A stretch of 64,000 nt of DNA, from assembly GCF_006345805.1 (NCBI RefSeq), contig NC_043009.1:16182001-16246000 (forward strand), written 5' to 3'. Under the pieces are notes generated by a model that saw nothing but the letters and a program-made list of their open reading frames with translations, did not search any database and was not told the origin of the DNA. Numbering within the stretch: the first letter of the stretch is position 1; every line of letters begins with the position of its first letter. Positions 13,158-28,354 of this stretch are shown here, piece by piece. The position numbers were made by a program, and so were the translations under genes. This DNA comes from Octopus sinensis. Lineage: Eukaryota.

Positions 13158-13439
13158 CTATCTATAAATGCTCTAATATCTACACAGCCTTGGTATTTTT
13201 ATCTTATTATGCTAAAACTTCTTATATATAAATATATTTCATCTTACTTGTTTTAAATTATTTTATCATTATACAAAGTAATTATTTTCTTGTTCGAAGT
13301 GTTTGTTTGGACTTAGAGCCAAAATAAATGGAAGCAAAGACAGGCTGTTATCTTAAGATATTCTCTTTGAAATATTTATATCAGAGACGACCATTATTTC
13401 ACATTCAGTCACACATTAAGGATTGTAGAGCAGGTCTTT

Positions 13440-13790
13440 GTAAATCTTTCAAAACCACTAATTAAGTTAGCAGGTACTGTTACAAACTGTAATCACTTCA
13501 CTATATAAGAGTTGGGCACAGAATCAGATCGCATTTTTGTACTCCAGACAGCTGAATTTTATCTGTTAAATGTTGTTGAGTACTTCATCATATTCTTTTC
13601 TCCCTGAGTTGTTGCTCATGGATGGCAATAGGTTATATTTGCAATAATCTTGGAAATCGTTCAAACAGCTCGTGGTATTCTGAATTTCCTTCATTCTTCT
13701 CAGGTCTAACATGCTTTTCGGTTCATGGCTTATTGTGACTACATATATTCAGATTGCATGATGGTCTTCATCGGTAATTTCATTTTGCTA
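13440..13790 (-). mobile_element. Possible decayed Maverick/Polinton protein-primed DNA polymerase fragment
   Basis: One frame reads ITDEDHHAI*..LNDFQDYCKYNLLP..SGRKEYDEVL, reminiscent of ISDEDYEHA..FENFRD.C..YNLDP..PGLSWDAML; recalled motif only. Confidence 0.25.
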
Positions 13791-14105
13791 GGATGACACT
13801 TAATAAAATATTCTAGTTTTGGGAGACTCTGTAAAATGTGTGTGTGCATGTGTGTGTGCGTGCGTGTATGTGCATGTGTATGTGTGTATGTGTATGTATG
13901 TATGTTTGTATGTATGTATGTATACTGTAAGTGTGCACATATACATTTACACGTCTATTTATATATTAGTACACAAATACACATAGGTACCCAATCCGTA
14001 CAAATTGTAGATCCAACTACAATCATTCGCAGTGCAGCTAATGAATAAAAGAACAGAAGTGAGGTTCAAAATACACAACAGCTGAACCTCACTTGCGTTC
14101 TTTTC

Positions 14106-14222
<117 letters not shown>

Positions 14223-14230
14223 TATGTATA

Positions 14231-14287
<57 letters not shown>

Positions 14288-14289
<2 letters not shown>

Positions 14290-14495
14290 GGAGACGCAAT
14301 GGCCCAGTGGTAAGGGCAGTGGACTCGCGGTTATAGGATCGCGGTTTCGATTCCCGGACCGGGCGTTGTGAGTGTTTATTGAGCGAAAACACCTAAAGTG
14401 GTGTCATTTGAAGGCTAAAACAATGCGAAGCGCATTGTGACCAGCGATGTATAGCAACATCTGATAGCCTGGTCGGTCACAGTGATCACGGTGAT
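14288..14495 (+). mobile_element. SINE family B (tRNA-derived), internally deleted
   Basis: Head tggcccagtggtaagggcagtggactcgcgg..ggtttcgattccc (A/B boxes). Lacks ~105 nt present in the 44051-44360 copy. Flanked by (TA)n. Confidence 0.85.
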
Positions 14496-14650
14496 ATATA
14501 TTAATTATACAATTAATATAAGCAGCAGTTTGCAACGTTTCACCGAAAGGAGAGAATTATAAATGTAAGTAGGTTGCAAGGAAACAACTACATTGCTAAA
14601 AATAAGACCTAAAGCACATCAATGAAAACATATATATTAATAGGGTCCAC

Positions 14651-14844
14651 AATTGTCCGAAAAATGACGATCAAGAATTCTCATTACTGACGTCAGTTTC
14701 GCCAATTTCCGTTGTCTTATCAGTTAAGCCCGCTCGATTGTTCGGCTTTTTTTTGGTACCCGGGCATAACATATGAGGTAACGGAAATTGCCGACACTGG
14801 CGTGTCAGTATTACGAATTCTCGATCAGCATTTTTCGGACAATT
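14651..14844. mobile_element. MITE-like fold-back (~85-bp imperfect TIRs)
   Basis: aattgtccgaaaaatg..ccaatttccgtt pairs with aacggaaattg..catttttcggacaatt. Confidence 0.75.
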
Positions 14845-14854
14845 ATATATATAT

Positions 14855-14989
<135 letters not shown>

Positions 14990-15052
14990 TGTGTGTGTGT
15001 ATGTACATATATATATATACTATATATATATGTATGTATGTATATATATATG

Positions 15053-15100
<48 letters not shown>

Positions 15101-15148
15101 ATAAATATATATATTTATATATATGCATATATATTATATATATGCATA

Positions 15149-15192
<44 letters not shown>

Positions 15193-15199
15193 CCTTAAC

Positions 15200-16470
15200 T
15201 TTAGATCTGCCGCCTGTACTTCTTAGAGCATTGGGCCCCATGGTTCCAGCACTTGGTTCGATCTGCTAAAATTCTTGCACATCCATTTCATATAACGTTT
15301 ATTAACTTCAGATCATTTTGAAATATCCACTACCAAGTGATCTTCTTCGGACTGTCCCTTTGCTACCAACTGACATGTAGAACACAAGTCATGGCATTTT
15401 CCAGCGTCGTTGACAGTCGTTCTGAACGGCGTTCCATATGGGCCTTGGGGTGAAGGTCATATAAGATTGTGTTGTTAAAGTTTATGTGTAAGAAATTGGT
15501 TATATTTCTTCATTATACAAAATATTTAAAGAATATTTTATGCAATTCCTAATTACAAAAAGTATAATAGGAATCGGCTAGAAGGGTCCATCCGAGTAAA
15601 ACAAGAATCAAAGGAGTTCATAGGTAAAAATGGTTGCGAAACACCAGGTTAGATGGATAATTTGACTAGCCAGTCGGAATCAGCGTTCTCCTACAATCTC
15701 TTGCGATGGTCGTGGCCTCTCTCTTTTCAGAATTTCCTCGTTTGTGCTATAGTCCCGCAAGATGACCTAGAGTATCTTTCTGGGGCACTTGTCCCTACTG
15801 CACTTTTCCAAGTTACGTTGGCATAAATTGCTGTAGACAGGACGATGAAGTTATACAGGCGAACTTTCACATCGGTACTCATTTTTCGAGCTCACTGAGA
15901 TGAAACACGTACTCCCCTTCACCAGCATTTATTACAACACTGCCCAGATATATGAACTGGTTCCCTTCTTCTATTTTGTGCTGATGGACCTTGATATCTA
16001 TTTCTTGGTCTATGGTATTGCCGAAAAACATCACTTCGTATTCATTGTGCAGATCCTTAATCTGATCCTCTACACATTTTTTGCAGACTTCTCAACTATC
16101 ACTGACTCACTTGAGAACGTGCAATGTTTCAGAGTTACCACCAACTAGTGGTACATCACATTTATTTCCACTAATTACTGTGGAGATCAGTGGTGCACAT
16201 TCCATCCAACTATGCTTAGGAGGGTGTCTGTGTTCAAGAGAAGGGGCCAAAAGATGTATATGCACACTGCTCTACTTCAAGTTTATTCTTTAATGTGGGA
16301 TACTTCCTCAAGCGTGTCGTTGATAGCTGAAGACTCGGTATTTTATTTAACATCAAATATAATATCTATAAACACAATACCTATTTCTGTCATCTCCACC
16401 ACCTCAATAACTCCAGCATTTACTGCACCATCATTATCTGCATAAAGATTTCCATTCTTTTGCCGTTACA
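15200..16470 (-). mobile_element. Decayed RTE-clade LINE, RT to 3' end
   Basis: Minus-strand motifs NLYADND, EVMFFG..IEEGNQFIYLGSVV, DVKVRLYNFIVLSTAIYANVTW, and a C-terminal PKKITW. Confidence 0.75.
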
Positions 16471-17122
16471 TAGTTCATTCAAATCTTCCTATAAGTCCCC
16501 ATTATTATTTTTACTCGGCTGTCAATGCTGACTTCATCCATTGACATACGTGTATAATCGATGTCAATATAAAACAGTAAGTTACCACCTTAAAACTATA
16601 ATTCACAAATAGCTGAAAGTGACTTGCTTCATAAAATCATAGCCTTCCTATTTGCCAAAGCTGAAAGTATTTAACACTCAGCTATGTTACTAACTTCTCT
16701 AAAACATGGGATAAAATGGTACATCATAGTAATTTGCGGCAACAATATAAAACTGAAGGCCGTTTCTTTGATTCACTTTCTTATATTCTGTAATTCCTAT
16801 AAGGTTAGGTATATAATAAGAAGCGACGATAATGCAACTAATATTTTCAGTTCTGTTTCTTCCATTCCCAAGTCGACTCACACGCTGGAACATAAAGGAA
16901 TGAGTTGAAAGTGGTTTGTATAAAAGCAAGTGTATTGATGACAATAATCTATAGTAATTCTACAACTCACAGTATTATACTTGCTGAGCTATTAAGCTGT
17001 AAGAATGGCACTTTATGGAATTGTTTATATAAAATATTTCTGTTGGCCCGTCACAAGATTTACTGGGGGTGGATTGTCATATAATATGCAAACATAGAAG
17101 TAATTGTACACTCAGAAAAGAT

Positions 17123-17123
17123 G

Positions 17124-17177
<54 letters not shown>

Positions 17178-17186
17178 GAGATAGAG

Positions 17187-17260
<74 letters not shown>
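17123..17260. repeat. (GATA)n microsatellite
   Basis: Direct reading. Confidence 0.95.
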
Positions 17261-17261
<1 letters not shown>

Positions 17262-18465
17262 AGGACGAGTGAGGAAGCTATTAATAAAGAGAGTAAATGG
17301 TTCAGAGATTAAGCATTGGTAGAGGCGAGTGCAACTTAATAAGAAACAAAAAGCTAGAGGGAGCGGGGAATTGATTGAAGAAGAGGGGGGATGAAGGGTG
17401 AAGTAGGAGAAAGCAGTAAATAAACAGAGAGACGAAAATGTAGTTAAGGGGAGGCTGCAATAAGTGAAGGAGAGTTTTGAGAGGTAGGTTTAGAGAAGTG
17501 CAACTAAGAATAAGAGAAAACAAAACTAACAAAAATTATCAAGACATATCTTATTTTAATCGGAATAATGGATTTTGGCTTTTAGAAGGAAAGAAATTTG
17601 AATGATTTTTGTGCTTTTGTTTTATTTATTGAAGTTGCTATAACTGCTGTTCCTGATATCGTCGTCGTCGTCGTTGTTGTTGTTGTTGTTGTTGTTGTTT
17701 TGGTTAAAGCTATTTTATTCCTTTTGTTTCTGAGAAGGTTGGATATAATTTTCTTTTATGCATTATCTTGCCATTTCTTTGGGTACGGTATTCACATGTT
17801 GGAATGAATCACGAGAAATCAACAAAATGGCAAAGACAACACATTAATGCATACATACAATCATGGCTACGCGCACATTGAAAAACGCGTTCACACGCAC
17901 ACTCACCCACACACGCGCATACACACCACCACCACTACCACCATACTGGACACGGTGGTTCTGCATATTATGCTTATATTCGAGTGAGTATAAGTGTTGT
18001 GTGAGAGCATCTATGCGTGTATTTGTGTCTCTGCGTATGCCAAACTGAAAATACTTAAGCCGTCTATGTGTCTATGTACGTAAGCATTCTGTATTTATTT
18101 TTAAAGAATTTGCTGAGGGAGAATAAATGAAAGAATAACAAGAACAACAACAATTGAATAAGGTTTGTTTCTAATTTAGGCAAACGGTCAACAATTTTTA
18201 GCACTTGATTGATATCTTATTTTATTGACCTTTCGGTCAATAGAATGAAATAAAAGAGTAAAGACAAGGTTGACGTTGGTGTTTTGAATTCGGAACGTAG
18301 AGAGCTAGAATAAAAACTGCCGCCGCCGCTGCTACTTAAATGTAGTGTCAAAATTTTAGGGCGCTTTTGTTTATTTGTTGTTTTTGTCTTTTTCGTGGAC
18401 ACTATTAATTCTGAGAGGGCGCCGTAATTAAACGTCTACTTCATTTTTCAACGGGGAAGAAGAAG

Positions 18466-19837
<1,372 letters not shown>

Positions 19838-22800
19838 TTGCTGTTGATCCTGTTTCTCGTCATTGATGCGTTTGTCTATGTCTTGCATTGTTTATGTTTT
19901 CTGTTTTCAGGGTTCATAGGATTGTGTTTTCTAGAAAATTCTCGAGTCTCTTAGAGTTGTTCAACAGTTTAGATGTAAAAACTACAATGAGATATTACAT
20001 AAAAGCTAGAGGAAGAGGGGAAAGAAGAAACGAGTAGAATGGGGAGAGGGAAAACAAAGGGTCCACTGATGAAAAGAAAGACACAAAGAAAGAAAGAAAG
20101 AAAGAAAGAAAAAGAATAATAGGAACAACAACATCAACAATAAGCAAATATAGAGTTGTTGGTAGATGCTCATTCGCCAGTAAAATAATATAAAGTTAAG
20201 AGTGCATGGACTGGGATTTAATAAGTAGATAGAAGATAAGAACTAGTGGCTGAGGAAAACAGAATAAAGAAGAATAAAAAATAAAAAATAAAAGCAAAGA
20301 ACTATAAAAGAAAGCAATAAATTTAAGAACAAATATTAAGACAAGAGGAACGATAACAGAAAAAGACAGAGAGAAAGAGAGATTGGAATGTCAATATGAA
20401 AGTAAAAGGTTTAAGAAAAGTACAAGATTGGTTCGATTGCAATATTGAGATTGATGAGGAAGTTCTTGTTCAGGGTATCGTCATCTTTACGACTAATATG
20501 CAAGATGTTCGACCCCAAGTAGTGTAGAAGCTGCATGAAAAGAAGTCGACATGAATTTTTTTAGTTTAAGTAGGGTACAATTATCTACAAAGAGATAGAA
20601 AATTCTGGAACTCAAAAACTGATTTCTGTAGTTACATTTACGTGCAAATATGCAACAAAGTAATATATTTCAGAAGGGAAATGAAATGTCTGCTGTTTCA
20701 ACTTGGTTTTGTTGGGCAATGTTGACGTAAAGGGAAATAGCCTCAACCGGAAAGCATAACAGGTCCATGATTCAGCTCACCACTTTTTCTACTATTTACG
20801 CAATAAGAAAATATAATCAACTGAAACTTTAAGACCAAAGCTCGTTTATTAGAAATAACAGGTAAATCATTTCCCAAGACACACCTTACCATCTCAAAAA
20901 GGGCCAGATAATTAAATCCTTGAAACGATAACCTTAAAAGTAAGAGTACAGTTATGATAAGAATGCCTCTGATCGTAAGTCCTCTCCGTTACTGCCAATA
21001 TCCTAAAACTAATAATAAATAAGATATTAACTTTTAACATTGGCACAATTCCAGAAATTCGTAAGGAATGAGATTTAGCCGATTGGATTGACTCTAGAAT
21101 ATTAATGCAATTTGCTTTATCGATCTCATTTCGAGGAACTAGAATACCGAATTTGGCAAGATTTGAAATCCAAACGGCGAGGAATTAAATTATATTTTAT
21201 AAAGTATTTCGTGCAGTACTCCTCCGTTTCTATCTATTTACTATCCTCAGAGATTAATTAAATATTTATTGAAAACCTGTCACAACAGTACAAAGACTAT
21301 TGAAAGTGATTAATGCAAATTTATACAAAGTAAAATCTTTTAACAGCAATCATCATTTTCAGAAGAAACAACATATTATAAATACAGCTAAAACTAAATG
21401 TTGAGGGTTTTTTTTCTATCCAACATCTTTATGCAAATTTATTTGAATTGCAAATACAAACTTCAAAATGTATACTCAAAAACTAGTTTCTCATTTTTAA
21501 CTTTTTTTCTCATTACATGATCCATCTTTGCGAGAGATCAAACAATCACAGCAGTTAAATATTGCTTTATATAGTCACTGACAGCTTATTGAAAACTTAA
21601 TGATAATAGTTTTATTTTTATGTAGTTATTCTGATTTCATTAATTAATTCCGAATCTTGACGCATTGAGACCATTGGTTTATGTAGAAAGTGGAGTAAAG
21701 GTTAATGTCAATATTGATTTCATTGACTGACAAAGGGATTTCGAATTGTTTTGTCCCTAATTAATTATCTGTTCGTGGAATGAATGATAGATATACTCGT
21801 ATTGAAGCATATTTCTGGGTTTACATTGAGATACTCTGCTCGTGACATACGTAGTTTTAAGTTCGAGATTGGAACTATTTTTATATCTGAATGAATTTAT
21901 ATAACTCCTCACCCTTTCACTTTTCACGAAAAACTCTGATTCAATTAATTAGCCCTTTTTATTAATTACCTCTCGTAGTTTATTGAAGCGTTGTTATGGC
22001 TGTGAAAAAACTATTGATTTAAACAACATGTTGCCATTTTAATGAAAAACATACAAATAATACGAGGATCATATTGAGGAAAACGATGTTGAAGATGAAA
22101 ATATTATTACTATTATTATTATTACTGTTAATGATAATCTTCTTATTATTATTTACTTTAAAATGTTTTCTAGTTGAAAGGCAAACATTATACTGTTATG
22201 CGAATAAATCTGAGAAATGAAATTTAGATTTGAAAACCTTATGTTGTTGCAACATAGCAACTTAAAAGCATTTGGAATTTTAAAATATTCCGTGAAAAAG
22301 AACTGATATTGCATATGGCTGCTGAATACTTATCAGGTTTGAATATGATAAAACGGACACGAACAGTTCAAGAGTGAGCTGCTAGTGGGGGCGGGGTGAG
22401 GAAGGCGGTTAAAATTATGCAATAACTTAGATATAAGTGACTCTGAACGAAAAAAAAGATATGATTACATTGAGCGCTAAAATCTAAGAATCAAACTTGC
22501 TGGAAAATTGTTTTTCTTTCTAATTTTCTTCAAATATAAATAATTTCAGTTGGTTTCTATTGCTTGTTAAATCTATATATCTATTTCCAATCTATATACT
22601 TTACGTCACTTCCGTACTTCTAATATTTTTAAAATTCAGTAGGGTATGACACGTTCATTATTTTGCAAATGGATGTAGAATGCCCTTACAAAATTAAATG
22701 GCGTACGCTTAACTCTTGACTCAGTATCAGTATAAAATAAATATTGTTTTAACTTATTCGAAACTATTGATGCGAAAATGAATATAGTCATAGAATCAGA

Positions 22801-23077
22801 GCCTTGCTGTTGGTTAGTGGGAAGTTCTAAAGTTCATTATATAAAAAATGCCCAAGGGACTAATTTCACTGTTGATTACAATTGCTTCGTAAATCAAACG
22901 AATTAGAGTTAAATTTACCGACAGGGAAGACTAGTATATTAAAGAAGACTGTAGTATATTAAAGAAGATATGCTCTTCATAGATAGTAATTATTTCAAGA
23001 TAAAAGAATGATGAAATACATCTAGTGGATTTGAAGTCAAAATACATGAGTTACTAAACACTATACACTCCAATCAG

Positions 23078-23255
23078 TCACACTGATTTCAAATTTTGGC
23101 ACAAGACCAGTAATTTCGGAGGAAGGAGTAAACTGATTACATAGACTCCAGTGTTCAACTGTTACTCATTTTATCGACCCAGAAAGGATGAAAGACCAAT
23201 TGGACCTTGGCGGAATTTGAACTCAGAACGTAAAGACGGACAAAATCCAGTCAGT
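23078..23255 (-). mobile_element. SINE family C copy
   Basis: ttttatcgacccagaaaggatgaaag..ggcggaatttgaactcagaacgtaaagacggac. Confidence 0.7.
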
Positions 23256-23749
23256 CATTTTAACAAAAGTTCTATTATATCGTTTGTGTTTATTTTTATA
23301 TTAATTGTTAATGACAATAGTTATTGATATCATTTTTGGTTGAGGCATTGACAAAAAGTGTGACTAGTTAACTAAAGGGTACAACGTGTCATACACGCAG
23401 TTTCAGGTGTCAATGAGAATTCTTTGAGATGATATTCGTATTCGTAACCATAGATTCTACTCTGTATAAAATAAATTATAAGAACCTAAGAATGTGAAAG
23501 TCAATAACACAGGCATTCTATCGAATTTTCTTTCTACCACTCTCTTGAAGATTTATTGATTTATGAAAAACTATTTTACATTTAAACAATGTAGCTTATA
23601 CTAATTTTCAATAATTATATACAATATTTAGCCGACGGGCGCAATATATGCAAAGACGTGTAACAGGCAAGCAGAGTTCCAAGAAAAGTTTCTAATTGCC
23701 CTGTATGTCAGCTCCATTCATTTCCATCTCTAATAGGGAAAGATATGCA

Positions 23750-23799
<50 letters not shown>

Positions 23800-24205
23800 A
23801 TATATATAACGTTTGCAGGGTTAGCGGTTATAGTAACCGACTAAGGGATAAAATATCCATATTTAGTGTATCGGTATTAGTTACCTGTGTTATCTCTGGA
23901 CATGGGCATGCGGGTACACTATTCTCGTAGGGCACAGGTAACAAGAGAATAAACTAAATTTTATCAGGAATCAAATTTAAATAATTAGAAAATAATTAGA
24001 TCAAGACGCAAATCAATTGGACCACATCTGTAGATGATTTTTTAATACAAAACAGGACATAATAATTCTTACGGCCTTTTCCGCTTCAAATGTCAGTGAG
24101 TGCCTACGAAAGAATTGCGAAAATAATATTCTTCAACTTCATAGGTTATTCGAACTAGAACATGGAGCTTCATCAGAGTGAATACAAAAGCATCCAAAAA
24201 TATAT

Positions 24206-24300
24206 ATACAATTGCAGCGTGGAAGGTGTTTATAAGCTATTTAAAACACACAAAACCGTTAGATTCACTTCAACATTTAAATTTAATTAGCCAAAATATT
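24206..24300 (-). mobile_element. Partial copy of the element at 46685-46870, cut off by (TA)n at the hammerhead stem III
   Basis: aattgcagcgtggaaggtgtttataagctatttaaaacacacaaaaccgtt..ttcaacatttaaatttaatt is the reverse complement of 46722-46806. Confidence 0.7.
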
Positions 24301-24364
24301 TAATATATATATATAGAGAGAGAGGGGGGAGATAGAGAGGGAGAGAGAGAGGAGAGTGAGAGGC

Positions 24365-24488
<124 letters not shown>

Positions 24489-24539
24489 GTTACGCTCCAG
24501 TATCAAATGGAATGTTTTCTACAGTTGAGTGTTACGGAC

Positions 24540-24950
24540 TTTTGAGAATGTGGCGAGGCCCAGAATCGAAGTGTTACACGTCTGATAACTAGGCACAGTC
24601 TACACTTGAGTCAGACGACATGCTCTCGTTGCCGACCAATCAGCTTGCAAAAATATCAATCTATATCAGAGAATGTTCTACGACGTCTCCGCGCTTTTGT
24701 AGTTATGTACTTACTACGCGGGTAAACAAATCAGTGAGCGACGCACTTCAAAAGCACAAGCAAGAAGCCCCTATTTCGATAAGGTTTCCTTGACTGAAGT
24801 TCAACCCCGATTAAAAAGGAATTCCTCGCGTAGGAAGGACAATAATAATTCCCGCCTCTCACGCAAAACTAATCCTTTTTGTTAGAAGTTTAATTACAAC
24901 TACGTTCGTTTCTCGCACAATAAATTATACTACTTGCAAACTGTGATGTG
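24540..24950. promoter_or_regulatory. Candidate promoter / first-exon region
   Basis: Non-repetitive and locally CpG-rich; CCAAT box (ccaatcag, ~24636); donor-like sites on both strands (gtgagt at 24948 on +, gtaagt near 24714 on -). Confidence 0.3.
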
Positions 24951-26027
24951 AGTATTGTAATTTACTTCCATATAATAAACATTATGTCAACAATGTTCGT
25001 AATTGGCTTATTAGGGAACTACAGACAGTTAATCTTAATATCATCCAACAGATACGCATTAACCAACGGGAAAAAATGTTTTCATTCCTGGTCGAAGAAA
25101 ATGTATTGCATTTTCACTACTTCCCTCTTTGTGGATGGCATCCATGTTACAAATTTCAAATTCCCTTATCTCTTTTTGCAATAAAAAGAGATATTCATAC
25201 AAAGGTAATTCATAGAAGCTGAAATAACCGCCTTCACAGCATAACATTATTTCAAATAGGATTAATTCGCTAATGTTTTTAGAAGGGCAAGTGTGCCATA
25301 AAATCTCATCTTTTTTCACTTAACCATGTAACACCTTATTTTGTATGAGAAATCAATATCCTCCAATACTCTTGTTAGATATTAACCAAAATAGTACTTT
25401 ATGTTAAAGTGAATTCGAAATTACATAATTCTTCTGTAGCTTTGTGCTACTATTAACACGAGAAAGCTACTGCAGCACAGTATATATATATATATATATA
25501 TGCATTATGTGTACATGCATGTATATCTGCGTATGTGAGATAAAAAGTTTCTACCAAAGCCTACACCGTATAGAGAAGAGATTGATGCCGTAACTTGGAA
25601 GGCACAAATCCTTTGAGAGAAGAAAAATAAAGTCGATGGTTACATACAAATGTTATTGCATGAAAAAATATCTCATGCAACATGAGATTTCTCTTTTTTA
25701 TGATTATGTACATCCTAGAATATATTAATACTGCTTATTTCGATGGGTTTTGTGGTATTTTACTTCATTCTTCTATTTTCGGCTTCGCTTTGTTACAAAC
25801 GATGGAAGCTTTAGAGGATACTTTTGAATCCTCAACCTCTCAAAAAGAGTTGAGAATATATTTTTGGAATGGTCAAAAGAATAAAGATTTCTAAAGTCTT
25901 GTATTTATTATGAGAGGAATGATTTACAAAACGTAAAGTTTGTGTCAATGTTTCGATTTGATTAATTCACCAACGAAAAATTGTGAAACTGACTGAAAAG
26001 CTGCTGTCAAACCTGGTTGTCACCTAC

Positions 26028-26111
26028 TTGCAGAATCAGAGAAAAGCATGTGTCAACTGTCAAAAGGAATTGAATAAATAAAAATATCCCACGCCAGTAA
26101 CATGGAAACAA
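26028..26111 (-). CDS. Candidate 84-nt exon (phase 0/0) encoding a signal-peptide-like segment
   Basis: Acceptor ttttaattttgttgcag, donor CAA/gtaggt. Open frame LFPCYWRGIFLFIQFLLTVDTCFSLILQ. Confidence 0.3.
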
Positions 26112-26590
26112 CTGCAACAAAATTAAAAGTATTTCCTAAGCATGAAGCTGAAAATTTCCAAGACAAACAGATATGTAAATCAACACTGTCTATAGCGAAC
26201 TTAGAAGAATGGAGGAGAAATATATTTGTTACTTGTCAGAATAAAATTTCTGATTCCTCTGAGAGCTCTGGTCAAGAAGTATCTAAATATTTATTCCGCC
26301 TTAACATTGCTAGTTATTTCGTTGTAGTTTAGTCTTTCTAAATGATAACTACAAAAACGAAAGTGTATTATTTATTATCTTGACTACTGAGTTAGCAGAA
26401 TTGATATATCACAACACTAGATGAGAAAGAAATTCATTAAAAACAGCATAACAAACTTCCAAAAGAACGCTTCCATTTTTTAAAATATTTTTTGTGGTTT
26501 ACAAGAATATTTTTGATAAAGTAGCAAAACACATTTCTCAAATGTTTTCATACACATACATATACACAGACACACGCACATTTACATATA

Positions 26591-26659
<69 letters not shown>

Positions 26660-26897
26660 TATATCTATGTCTGTATCTATGCCTAGGTATATTATGCGGG
26701 CTAATTGCAATACCAAATATCGAGACAGATACTAACTTTTAAGTTATCATCATAAAATATTACCGCCATTAGATGTCTCGATTTCTAGTCGATGGATGGA
26801 CAGGTTTAAGGAAAAGTTAATAACCATTATACAACAGGAGATTTATCTGAATCCCTACCGTTGCTATGCATAAACTGCATAGGTATTCGTTTTTTTA

Positions 26898-26928
<31 letters not shown>

Positions 26929-27292
26929 TACTAGGGTGTCGGGAAAATGCTTTGTGATATTTCTTCTGACTCATTGCGTTCTAGCTTCAAATTCTGCACA
27001 AGTCAACTTTGCCTTTTATCCTTTCAGGGTCCTCAAAATCAGTATTAGTCAAATATTGGAGTTCGTCGTAATAAACCTCTCCTTCCCTAAACCTGCTAGA
27101 CTTGTGCCAGAATTTGAGACAGAATTAATATTAGCCCCAATATAATCGACTAGTAGCAGTAGGAACCCAAATACTAAAATGAGTGAGATTATTAACGAAA
27201 GGATACATACATCTCTACATATATATACATGCGTACATGAATATATAAATACATATACTACTTCAGTGAAACATTTGGGAATATATACATGA

Positions 27293-27371
<79 letters not shown>

Positions 27372-27567
27372 CATACACACACACGCATATATATATGACC
27401 GGAAGTGGTCATATGTATATTCTTTATGTTCGTTTACGGGAAGCCTTCTTTGAGTATGGATACAAAACCTCTTACTTTAATATGTCGGCTACAGCCTGAT
27501 GATACTACCAAGCAATAGCAGTTTTATAGAGTTGTATCAAGCTGTGCCGACATAATGGAAGATAAAT

Positions 27568-27631
<64 letters not shown>

Positions 27632-27638
<7 letters not shown>

Positions 27639-27987
27639 TCATGGATGAAATAAATATTCTAATGCATCGCTACATACGTTTCCACATATCACGTATTTTT
27701 TACGATCATCGTCCGTATTCTCAGGATGATTACAATACAGTCAGTACAGTAGTATTTATGGACATTGGGTGGATCCTATTCATGTGTTCATTTCCTCATG
27801 CTTCCAATGTTCATGCCATATTACCTGAGGAAATGAACACATGAATATGATCCACCCGATATTCATGGCTACTACGGACTGTACTGTAATCGTCCCAGGA
27901 GTATGGTCGTAAGAAAAATGTGATGAGTGGAAACTCACGTAACGATGCATTAAGATATTTATAAATCCTATCCATGAACTATTATTA
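27632..27987. mobile_element. Fold-back MITE, ~165-bp imperfect arms with a short loop
   Basis: ttcatggat..aatgcatcg..gtgttcatttcctca pairs with tgaggaaatgaacac..cgatgcatt..atccatgaa; sits next to (AAT)n. Confidence 0.75.
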
Positions 27988-27994
27988 CTCCACA

Positions 27995-28265
27995 GAACGT
28001 ACTACCTGGAGGGGTATGGTCAAAACTGGTACGCAGCATTTTGAGGTTGAGGGGACTAGACTTTGCGAAGAAAAACAGAGACAGCTCAAGGAATGTCAGC
28101 AAAATCCTAGCTCATCTTCGTCGGAGCCCTCTTCGCTGCTCTCAGTGTAATCGGACTTGTGCCTCCAGAATCGGCCTTTTCAGCCATGAGAGGGCCTACC
28201 AACGCCATCAAGCCAACCCCTAAGGATCAAAGACGACGTCGTCATCTGTCAAGATGGACTGCCTT
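27995..28265 (+). mobile_element. 3' end of an RTE-BovB-like LINE
   Basis: RTTWRGMVKTGTQHFE..CSQCNRTCASRIGLFSHER (C-terminal C2H2-like motif typical of RTE-BovB), one frameshift. Confidence 0.75.
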
Positions 28266-28288
28266 AAGCAAGGAAGCATATATGTATG

Positions 28289-28344
<56 letters not shown>

Positions 28345-28354
28345 TCCCAAGGAG

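Noticed and set aside
20400-20545. Gypsy-like RPQVV*KLHE similarity
   Set aside because: Too short and degenerate to support.
24141-24180. Minus-strand CTGATGA-agctc..gttc-GAAT
   Set aside because: Stem II needs two changes, A15.1 is missing and there is no stem I.
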